Virus record (IMG/VR): IMGVR_UViG_3300027777_000091
Coordinates: 1-32,281 of that record
From: a virus
Lineage: Duplodnaviria; Caudoviricetes
Reading direction: 5' to 3' (one strand)
DNA: 32,281 nt
Both the position numbers and the translations under genes were made by a program. The notes under the pieces are model-generated. The model was not told the DNA's origin. It was given only the letters and a program-made list of their open reading frames with translations, and ran no database searches. The first letter of the stretch is position 1. Each line of letters starts with the position of its first letter. This document shows, in pieces, positions 25,193-32,281 of the stretch.

Positions 25193-26142
25193 CAGAATTT
25201 ACTCACATCAATAAGTTGACCACGGAAGTTGATGATACCTTCTGCGTACTTGCTGACCAACTCAGGCCATAGCGGTTTGCTGTCTTTCATCGTTATAACC
25301 GCGAACCCGCTGCACCAGTTGACCGGGCCGTCTTCAAGGTAGTCTATAAACTGCGGCCCATCAATCTCAGCAAGCGTACCAGTATCAACGCCCCATCGAG
25401 TCCCATTATAGTCCCCAAACGGCGTGACCTTGAGACTATGCAAGTGGCCGGTGATAGTCGTGACGCCAGAATTCACGGTGTTGTTGTGAGTCGCATGAAC
25501 GCCGCTCTTGTAGCGATGTTTAATCACTACGTTATCCGACAGCCAGCAACTCCAACACGGATGCCATTTGGGAAAGTGATCTTTAAGCGCCGTGCCGCCA
25601 ACCCCCTCAAATTGTGGTGCAGCTTCGGACAGGCGCGACTCAAAGCGCGAGTCATGGTTACCTAACGGCCAGATCAGTTGCGTGTGATGCCGCGCCTTCT
25701 CGCAGGCGTCTTCAATCTCTTTAAGCGCCTCCTGACACGCTTGCAGTTCCTGCTTTACGTTTGGGACGCTGCTCCAATTTATTCTAGCGTGACGGCTAAT
25801 TGAGCTTCCGTCAAAAATATCGCCGTTGGCGACTACAACGTGCGGTTTAAGTTCGTTTATCGCCCATAACAATCCCTTGAAGGCGGTTGTCCTAATCCCA
25901 GGCCAGAAGTGCGCGTCAGAAAAAATGATGGCGATGCCATCAGTCAGGCCAGCTTCGTGTCTGGCTTTCTGAATGTGGATTGGTTTGCCTGTTGATAAGT
26001 TGAGGTTCAACTTATTTTCTAATCTGCGCCGCCGAGTGTGGACGCGGCGTTCAGAAAGGCCAGTTGCTTTAGCTACTTTGATTGGTGATTTGTGCTCATC
26101 CCATAACCGCAAAAACTCTTCGTCTGTGATTTTCATTTTCAT
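25192..26142 (-). CDS. Calcineurin-like metallophosphoesterase with N-terminal HTH
   Basis: All five metallophosphoesterase motifs: SDAH, GDIFD, GNHD, H(RY), GHLH; N-terminal SPIKVAKATGLSERRVHTRRRRL. Confidence 0.85.
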   Translation of the reverse strand: MKMKITDEEFLRLWDEHKSPIKVAKATGLSERRVHTRRRRLENKLNLNLSTGKPIHIQKARHEAGLTDGIAIIFSDAHFWPGIRTTAFKGLLWAINELKPHVVVANGDIFDGSSISRHARINWSSVPNVKQELQACQEALKEIEDACEKARHHTQLIWPLGNHDSRFESRLSEAAPQFEGVGGTALKDHFPKWHPCWSCWLSDNVVIKHRYKSGVHATHNNTVNSGVTTITGHLHSLKVTPFGDYNGTRWGVDTGTLAEIDGPQFIDYLEDGPVNWCSGFAVITMKDSKPLWPELVSKYAEGIINFRGQLIDVSKF

Positions 26143-26202
26143 GATTCTTCATCCTTTTAGAAGAACCACAGCAAATATCACAGTTTTGTTGCGGTTGGGT
26201 GA

Positions 26203-26223
26203 CCCCCCGAGGTCATCGGGGGG
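26203..26223. repeat. GC-rich stem-loop between the acidic protein and phosphoesterase genes
   Basis: CCCCCCGA-ggtca-TCGGGGGG; no U-tract on either strand. Confidence 0.6.
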
Positions 26224-26231
26224 CCAGATCA

Positions 26232-26456
26232 TTACTCGTCGGTCTGTTCGTCAAACTCTTCTGCTTCAACTTCTTCTTCGTCTTCTTCTTCAGCATGGGC
26301 TTGGAAGAGGGCGTCAGCGGTTGAAGAAAACAGCGAAGACAGGGTGAACTCGTTGATGTTTGATGCTTTAGCAACCAAGAAGGCCACCGAGAACAGAGCG
26401 TTCAAGGCGTCAACTGGCTCAGAGTCATTGATCGCGGCAAGGATGTCGTCTTTCAT
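26232..26456 (-). CDS. 74-aa protein with highly acidic C-terminus
   Basis: GGAG RBS before ATG 26456; ends AEEEDEEEVEAEEFDEQTDE. Confidence 0.75.
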   Translation of the reverse strand: MKDDILAAINDSEPVDALNALFSVAFLVAKASNINEFTLSSLFSSTADALFQAHAEEEDEEEVEAEEFDEQTDE

Positions 26457-26481
26457 GTCAGGCTCCAAGAAAAGGAACTTC

Positions 26482-26515
26482 ATATTACGAACTGATGATG
26501 ACTTTTTAATGACCT
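26482..26515 (-). promoter_or_regulatory. Pho-box-like (PhoB/OmpR-family) promoter
   Basis: Minus strand AGGTCAT-TAAA-AAGTCAT (26515-26498), 10-nt spacer, TAATAT (26487-26482). Confidence 0.55.
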
Positions 26516-26697
26516 CTAGTCAGTATGGTCAGCAACAGCAGGATGATTGACCCGCATCCGGTAACCAAGATCTGCTCTAGCCGCTTGATCCGGGCGTGGA
26601 TACCCCGCGTTTCTTTTTCAATACCTTCGTACCGAATCGCGCAGATGTCAACGTGGGCATCAATCTTGTGATCAACTTCAGATAATGTAACCATCAT
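26506..26697 (-). CDS. Small coiled-coil + C-terminal TM protein (XhlA/holin-like)
   Basis: IDAHVDICAIRYEGI...ARIKRLEQIL followed by a hydrophobic helix. Confidence 0.7.
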   Translation of the reverse strand: MMVTLSEVDHKIDAHVDICAIRYEGIEKETRGIHARIKRLEQILVTGCGSIILLLLTILTRGH

Positions 26698-28733
26698 GGG
26701 GTCCTGCGTTTTTGTCCAAGTAAAGCATTTTGAGTCATTTGAGCTTCAAGTTCTTGCGCTCGTTTCAGTTCGTTTTTACCACCAAGAAATCCTTGAAGTT
26801 TTGTCCCAGCAAATCTTCCTGCCGTAGAAGCAAATGGAACACCAGATAACGCTCCAAGTTCTTGCCCAGTAGTAGGTAAAGCACCAACAATTCCGCTAAC
26901 TCTTTTACTTTGCAATCCAGCGCCTTCATATGGAAGAGAACCTGGCATTAAGTAACCGCCGTAGTTGAGAACGTGAAAGGCTCGTTGCTCATCAGGGTCA
27001 AAAGCGTGTCTAATCTTTTGATCTCTAGCGTTCATCGTTTTGTTTGCGTCTTCAGCGTTCCAGACGCCAGCCCTTTTTGACCCAGACTCGTAGATTTCTC
27101 TTGCAATGTTGCCCTTGATCTCTGCTCTAGCAGCGGCAGCGGCTTGTTGAAGTTCTGGGCTGACAACAAAATCTGGTGATTTAGGAATTTTACCGTTAGC
27201 AACCGAATCAACCAAATCGTAAATGTGACGCCACTGATCAAACGGCATACTGTTCATTCTCTGCGGAATTCTTTCAAAATCCACGCCTGTCTGAACTCCG
27301 TTTGGATCAACAGAACCAAATAGATCTTTGATACCTTTTGACTCAAAAAGAGTTTTTTGAACGCGATGCAAATTATCTGCTTTTTTCAACAACTCAATGC
27401 CGCCGGCAGCGCCAATGTCTTTTTCAATTGCTTCGTTGATTCTTTTGATAACCCTAGCGTTGTCTGGCGTCCAGTCTTGATTCAACGATTTTTGAACTGC
27501 AACCCAAGCGTCAACCGTGTTTGGTGCGTGTACAACTCCAGAATCATCTCTAAAACCAGTTGTTCTCGCCAAATTGATTAGTTTCTCTGCGCTTGAAGCA
27601 ACCCCTTCGTTTCCTTTCAACCCAAGGCCAGCCCTAAACTGTTGGTCTTTGAGAAGGTCCGAAACGTGAGTGGATTGAATTGGATTTGCCCCAACTTTTG
27701 ACTTGACTTCGTTGTAAAGATTGCGTTTTTCTAAATTCAAAGCGCCAGTCAGACCTTGATATGGCTCTTCAATTGGGTTTGTCGGAAACAATGCACTGTT
27801 GATCCGTTCTCCGCGTTCATACGGGTTCATCAAGGTACGGCTGGCCCCAGTGTTTTCAACACGCTGTTGAGCGTAGCGACTAAGAGCAGTTTGTTCGTCA
27901 GCCAACTGACGCTTGAGCAACTCGCCGCTCGGTGTTGGTTGCGGCATCTTGGCTTCTGTGTACTCTGTACGCAGCGTGTTTTCGTTACCAGTCAAGACGC
28001 CAGGGCGAATACGGTTAACATCACCAAGAATTTCTGCGGCAATCGTTGCCCTAGTTTCTTGTTCTGGGATCGCAACATCTGCTGCAGTTTTTGATTGTTT
28101 GACCGAAGGGAAATTGCCTCTAGCAGTTTCTTCCCCGGTGATACCAGAAAACGGATTGTTCTTGGCTCGTTGAGCGCCAACGCTTGCAGCAGGTGCAGCA
28201 GGCGAAATTGGAAGCGCAGCAGGAAACGTAGATGGTTGGGTTGCTTGCGTTTCTGGCGTCCGCATCAGAGCATTCTGTACAGTCTGAACAGCACGTTGTG
28301 CCGCTGGAGTAGCGCGAGCGGCAAGCGCGTTAGCTGTTTGGGCAATTTGCCCCGCCTGGCCAACGGCTGGCACAAACGCGGGGAGGTTTGGCATTAAATT
28401 GCCAACCGATTGTAGGTTGGCTTGTGCAGCCCGACTGATTGGTACTTCGTTACCCAACTCCGTAATTTTACGAGCAACCTCCTCTTTGGGAGTACCAGTA
28501 AATATTTCAGCGCCTAAACCAATAGGCGCTGCGGCCAACCCAGTCAGACCACCGTAGATCATTCTTGCTGCCGTTTCCGGCGCTGCACCTATTCTTTCAA
28601 AGAAAGATGGTTCTTGGGCAAGTTCTGGTTGTGGGATAGCGCCAGGGATGTCTGCTGGCGTTGCTTTAGGCGTGACAAACTGGGCAAAAGGGTTGGTTTG
28701 CTTAACAAATTGGGCAAACGGATTTTCAGCCAT
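26694..28733 (-). CDS. Large DNA ejection / internal virion protein
   Basis: 679 aa, Ala/Gln-rich and helical, N-terminal NPFAQF repeat; third gene of the ejection trio by position. Confidence 0.65.
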   Translation of the reverse strand: MAENPFAQFVKQTNPFAQFVTPKATPADIPGAIPQPELAQEPSFFERIGAAPETAARMIYGGLTGLAAAPIGLGAEIFTGTPKEEVARKITELGNEVPISRAAQANLQSVGNLMPNLPAFVPAVGQAGQIAQTANALAARATPAAQRAVQTVQNALMRTPETQATQPSTFPAALPISPAAPAASVGAQRAKNNPFSGITGEETARGNFPSVKQSKTAADVAIPEQETRATIAAEILGDVNRIRPGVLTGNENTLRTEYTEAKMPQPTPSGELLKRQLADEQTALSRYAQQRVENTGASRTLMNPYERGERINSALFPTNPIEEPYQGLTGALNLEKRNLYNEVKSKVGANPIQSTHVSDLLKDQQFRAGLGLKGNEGVASSAEKLINLARTTGFRDDSGVVHAPNTVDAWVAVQKSLNQDWTPDNARVIKRINEAIEKDIGAAGGIELLKKADNLHRVQKTLFESKGIKDLFGSVDPNGVQTGVDFERIPQRMNSMPFDQWRHIYDLVDSVANGKIPKSPDFVVSPELQQAAAAARAEIKGNIAREIYESGSKRAGVWNAEDANKTMNARDQKIRHAFDPDEQRAFHVLNYGGYLMPGSLPYEGAGLQSKRVSGIVGALPTTGQELGALSGVPFASTAGRFAGTKLQGFLGGKNELKRAQELEAQMTQNALLGQKRRTP

Positions 28734-30284
28734 TTAATTCCCCAGAACTTTTTTAGCCGAGCCTGCGCCAAATTGAGCGTCAAATTGTTCTCTTGTTCCT
28801 AGACCTTTCTTTAAGAAATCTATGGCGGCTTGAGGTATGTCTGATGCTACGGATTTCCTAGATTCAGATTTACTAGGCAGAACAACGGGTTCAACAGAAA
28901 GACCAGTACCTTGAACAGCAGATCTTGGTATTTGTTGAATTCTTGTGTTCCATTTTTCGGCAGTTGCTTCTGCTGATCTTCTTGCCAATTCAGCGGTTCG
29001 GCGCAAAGTTTCCGGCGTCATATCTATGTTGCCGCTTTTTGCCTTTTCCAAAAAGTCGCGGTCAACATTTGTGAACCCTGCCCCAGTTCCCAAACCAGAA
29101 GTTTTAATTGCATCCAAAGTTTGAGACGCCAAACCCATTTGCAACTGTTCGGTGTTAGAAATTAACTCCGTATTGTCTTTCCCAACAAACCCCGGCAAAC
29201 CAGAAGCATTCAATAATTTTGCGGCTTTTAGTTTCCATTCCGCTCCGGGTCCTGCAATTATGTTCCCAGTAGATAAAACTTCAAGAATTCTGTTTGCATT
29301 TCTTGCCGCATCTGGTGCGTTTGCTGCGGCGTCTCTTAAGTTAATATCGCTTTCTGCAAGTTTCCCAGCAAAAGCCCCGCCATATTTTCCTTCTGTTGAA
29401 ACGCTTAGATTTACACTTGTATTTGGTTTGTTAGACTTTTGAAATCTATCAAACGCTGCCTGTTGTTCAGGCGTCATATTCATGTACGCATTAAACATTC
29501 GTTGATCAGCCGGCATTCCTTCCGGCGCAGGAGGCGTCAGCATAGAAACGTCGCCCATCATCAGCAATCTGTTTGGCTCAATAGATTGCATTTTCCGTAA
29601 AGAATTTGCGTATTCGCGGGCTTGTTTTGCTTCGTCTTTAAATCCTTTAGGATCACGCGCTGCTTGAAGTTCATAGTACCTAGCAAATTTTTCTGCTCTA
29701 GCTAACTCGTTTTGTATTTTTTGCTTAAATTCTTCAGGAATCAAAGCATTAGTAGACGCCGCAGCAGCAGGGCTAACATTGCCACCGCGTTCAGCAGTCC
29801 CTACAGTAACCCCCGCCATTCCCGGCGGCGCGTTTTGAAACGTGCGTGGGGCAGCGCCTTCTGGCCCTGTCTCAAGCAAAGAAAGTTTTGGCGCAATATA
29901 TGGTGATACCGTTGCGCCGGTAGTTGGGGCAACTGGTTGATCTTCTGGGTTAAGGTTTTTGTACTCAGCCAACCGATCAAGACGATCAAGATGTTCTTGA
30001 ATTGCTCCCGCAGCTTGTCTAATTTTAAGGTTTGGGTGAACAAGCATTTGCGGTACTGCTTCACGCAGACCGGGACCACCCTCTTGTTTAATTCTGTTTT
30101 GTATGTCTGTCAAAAATGTTCTAGACTCATTTTCACTTGCCAAATCTTGCTCACGGATTTGACGAGACATCCGAGCGTTTTTAATTTGTTCCATAGCCGC
30201 CACATCCTGCAAAGGATCTGGCATATTGAATTTGGTAGCTTGGTAAGCGTTGACGATTGACGGGTCAAGAGGTCGAAGTGCCAT
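28734..30284 (-). CDS. DNA ejection / internal virion protein
   Basis: 516 aa, helical; follows the gp7-like gene; C-terminal EQFDAQFGAGSA.KVL motif. Confidence 0.65.
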   Translation of the reverse strand: MALRPLDPSIVNAYQATKFNMPDPLQDVAAMEQIKNARMSRQIREQDLASENESRTFLTDIQNRIKQEGGPGLREAVPQMLVHPNLKIRQAAGAIQEHLDRLDRLAEYKNLNPEDQPVAPTTGATVSPYIAPKLSLLETGPEGAAPRTFQNAPPGMAGVTVGTAERGGNVSPAAAASTNALIPEEFKQKIQNELARAEKFARYYELQAARDPKGFKDEAKQAREYANSLRKMQSIEPNRLLMMGDVSMLTPPAPEGMPADQRMFNAYMNMTPEQQAAFDRFQKSNKPNTSVNLSVSTEGKYGGAFAGKLAESDINLRDAAANAPDAARNANRILEVLSTGNIIAGPGAEWKLKAAKLLNASGLPGFVGKDNTELISNTEQLQMGLASQTLDAIKTSGLGTGAGFTNVDRDFLEKAKSGNIDMTPETLRRTAELARRSAEATAEKWNTRIQQIPRSAVQGTGLSVEPVVLPSKSESRKSVASDIPQAAIDFLKKGLGTREQFDAQFGAGSAKKVLGN

Positions 30285-30286
30285 GA

Positions 30287-31030
30287 TTAACCCCAGTCGT
30301 AGCCAAGAGACGGTTTATTTCTGCCATATAAATCAGCCAACGCATTTGTACGCTGTCCGTACTGATACATTTGCCCCGCCGACCCAAGTGCACTAGATAG
30401 CGCGTTTGATTGACCAAGATAACCAGAGGCGCGGACGGTTCCTATATCTTGCAAATTTTGACCCGTTTGAGCGCCAAACTGTTGCGCTGCATTAGTCAAC
30501 GCTCCAGTTGCAGTCTGACCAACACCGGCTAATGATTGCAGCGGGTTAAGTTGAGCATTTCTTTCAGTTTGGTAACGGTTAAAAGCGTTTGTATATTCTT
30601 GCGATGCAAGATCTTGACCGTAACGCTGCGCTCCTTTAAGCGTAGCGCCAGACAACAACCCGCCACGCGCTGCTGCCGTGCGGTCAAGTGCTTTCATTCC
30701 TTCCGACAGTCGAAAAGCGTAGCCAGGATCGGCTTGGAATTGATCCATGCCAAACTTTGTATAGTCAGATAACGGAATCAGTTTGTTAAGCGCGCCGATG
30801 CCTGCTTGACGAAACGGTTCTTGCAACTCAAGTTGCTTGTTGAACATCCGTTCTTGAGCATCTTGCGCCGCCTGAGTTGCTTGCGCTTGCGTATTGGCTG
30901 CATTTTGAGCAGCAGACGCGCCGCTAATGCCAGATCCTAATGTAGCGCCTATTGCTGCGCCAGCAGGACCGCCTACTAAAAATCCACCGACGCCGCCTAA
31001 GATTGGGGCAAGACTGTCAAGCCAACTCAT
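30287..31030 (-). CDS. DNA transfer (pilot) protein, P22 gp7-like
   Basis: Gly/Ala-rich hydrophobic N-terminus; DPGYAFRLSEG..A....AAARGGLLSGATLK motif. Confidence 0.78.
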   Translation of the reverse strand: MSWLDSLAPILGGVGGFLVGGPAGAAIGATLGSGISGASAAQNAANTQAQATQAAQDAQERMFNKQLELQEPFRQAGIGALNKLIPLSDYTKFGMDQFQADPGYAFRLSEGMKALDRTAAARGGLLSGATLKGAQRYGQDLASQEYTNAFNRYQTERNAQLNPLQSLAGVGQTATGALTNAAQQFGAQTGQNLQDIGTVRASGYLGQSNALSSALGSAGQMYQYGQRTNALADLYGRNKPSLGYDWG

Positions 31031-31362
31031 TATGTTACCTCCCGCCCAGAAACCCGGATATTGATCGCGCTGGCCGTACCTGCAATTGTACTGATAAAGT
31101 CGCCAACTCCTAGAACTTGACCGACCAACTCTGGGAACGTATAGACCTCAGACGCGGCAAGCGTCTTGGTCTTGGTGATCAAGTTGGTGTTTCCGGCAGA
31201 TCCAGCTACTGTGACCAAGTTGACAGAGATTGTAGCAGCGGAAGCGCTGATGTTGGTCGCTGTAAACTTGTCAATGATCGCGGTGACGCCAGTCGCGGTG
31301 TACTGAGTTGTTTGCGTATTTTCGGCAAACTTTGCCGGAACTAGAACTTTGACGGTAACCAT
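31030..31362 (-). CDS. Conserved beta-rich virion protein
   Basis: GGAG RBS; IIDKFTATN...YTFPELVGQVL...SGRE; lies in the tail region. Confidence 0.65.
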   Translation of the reverse strand: MVTVKVLVPAKFAENTQTTQYTATGVTAIIDKFTATNISASAATISVNLVTVAGSAGNTNLITKTKTLAASEVYTFPELVGQVLGVGDFISTIAGTASAINIRVSGREVT

Positions 31363-31365
31363 TAG

Positions 31366-32070
31366 TTACTCCAGAAGCAGAATATTGTTAGGCACATACT
31401 GCATCATTATCCAGTTTGTACCGTTAGAAACAAGCGTACATTGATCCCCTGCGCTTGCCAGCAGGATTGAAGTGTTAGCAGCACCACCACCAATTGCCAC
31501 TACGTTGCTTGAAGCCGAGATCAGCGTCTGCGATTGGTAGTTCTGGAAATGCAAAACCCGTCCTGAATAGCTAGACGCGGCGGGCAGCGTCGCGGTGCAA
31601 GACGAGCCAGACTTGTTGTTGATGATCCATACATCTGTAGCCGCAATCAAAAAGTTTGCCGTGTACGTTACTGGTGCGCTGTATAAAGCAGCAATCGCCG
31701 AGTTAATAGCACCAACGTCCACAACTGGTTGAACCTGCAACCCATCAATCTGCTTTTGTAACTCCGCAATCTGCGGCAAAAGCGCAGCCAACTGATTTTC
31801 TAACCCAAACGCATCAAGCTGTTTAATTAGCTCTGCGCTAGAATCAACTGGCAGTGGTTGGCTATCTACGTTCTGCGTTAACTCTTGAAGCTCGGCAGCA
31901 TAAGACGCAATCAACGATTCTGGGCTAGGCCCAACGGCAGGGTTGTCGTAGACTTCTACAGCCGCGTTGTTGAGAGACAGAAAGAACAAATACCAAGCGC
32001 GATCAATAAACCCCGTGCGAGGATCAATTAGCGGTACTCGCGGCGGCGTGATCGGCGTCACGTTAGGCAT
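31366..32070 (-). CDS. Tail needle/fibre-like protein (occupies the P22 gp26 position)
   Basis: PRVPLIDPRTG.I.RAWY.FF N-terminus, central coiled coil, C-terminal TLPAA...GR....N...LVSNGTNW knob. Confidence 0.6.
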   Translation of the reverse strand: MPNVTPITPPRVPLIDPRTGFIDRAWYLFFLSLNNAAVEVYDNPAVGPSPESLIASYAAELQELTQNVDSQPLPVDSSAELIKQLDAFGLENQLAALLPQIAELQKQIDGLQVQPVVDVGAINSAIAALYSAPVTYTANFLIAATDVWIINNKSGSSCTATLPAASSYSGRVLHFQNYQSQTLISASSNVVAIGGGAANTSILLASAGDQCTLVSNGTNWIMMQYVPNNILLLE

Positions 32071-32281
32071 TTGTGCCGCTCAAAATCAACTCTGCGCCCA
32101 TGATCACTGTCTTGACCGGATCGGTCCCAGATACTTCGTAGACCCGATCACGCAACTTCAAGGTCATCCCCAGCCGCCGCCAAAACACCCGCTGTTGATA
32201 GACGCCGATCTTGCCAACTGGCGACCAGTGTTCGTTTGACCAAGTGTGGCCCGCGTCATCCGACCAGCGCAGCATGATTTG
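32063..32281 (-). CDS. Tail hub / packaged-DNA stabilization protein (P22 gp10-like), C-terminal fragment
   Basis: QIMLRWSDDAGHTWSNEHW...GKIG.Y..RV.WRRLG...RV.EVS.TDPV; the frame is open to the right edge. Confidence 0.85.
   Translation of the reverse strand, partial: QIMLRWSDDAGHTWSNEHWSPVGKIGVYQQRVFWRRLGMTLKLRDRVYEVSGTDPVKTVIMGAELILSGTNA

Noticed and set aside
26203-26223. Intrinsic terminator
   Set aside because: Strong stem but no U-tract on either strand; kept only as a stem-loop.
28676-28733. NPFAQFV duplicated at the ejection protein N-terminus as a novel repeat
   Set aside because: Only two copies; NPF-type N-terminal repeats are common in podovirus ejection proteins.
1-32281. Integrated prophage, tRNA genes or alternative genetic code
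   Set aside because: No integrase, att site, host genes or cloverleaf seen; genes are full length and tightly packed under the standard code.

Overview
This window is most of a circularly permuted, P22-like podovirus genome of the type common among uncultured freshwater proteobacterial phages. Family names are from motif recognition, not database searches. Two divergent transcription blocks meet at overlapping promoters near 16250-16300. The leftward (-) block runs: cro-like HTH, primase-polymerase/helicase, a CGTAAC repeat array, terS, terL, three small basic proteins, portal, a ferritin/Dps-like protein, an ~8 kb fibre/adhesin cluster (Mtd_N fibre, triple LamG lectin, chaperones, pectate-lyase-like beta-helix) and the scaffold, which is cut by the left edge. 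The rightward (+) block runs: Sak4-like ATPase, SSB, Cas4-like exonuclease, SF2 helicase, a TGT/DpdA-like gene coupled to a QueF-like T-fold gene, VRR-NUC and small hypothetical genes. From the right edge, on the - strand, come the gp10-like tail hub (partial), three ejection proteins, an acidic mini-protein plus HTH-metallophosphoesterase, and a lysis module (GH108 endolysin, 3TM holin). No integrase, CI repressor, separate family A/B DNA polymerase, tRNA or CRISPR array was seen. The major capsid gene is expected just outside the window. Top leads: (1) a minimal two-gene 7-deazaguanine-type DNA-modification cassette; (2) a Pho-box-type promoter upstream of the acidic protein, phosphoesterase and lysis genes; (3) CGTAAC arrays bracketing terS plus a structured terS-terL spacer; (4) paired hairpins and a consensus promoter controlling the scaffold gene.
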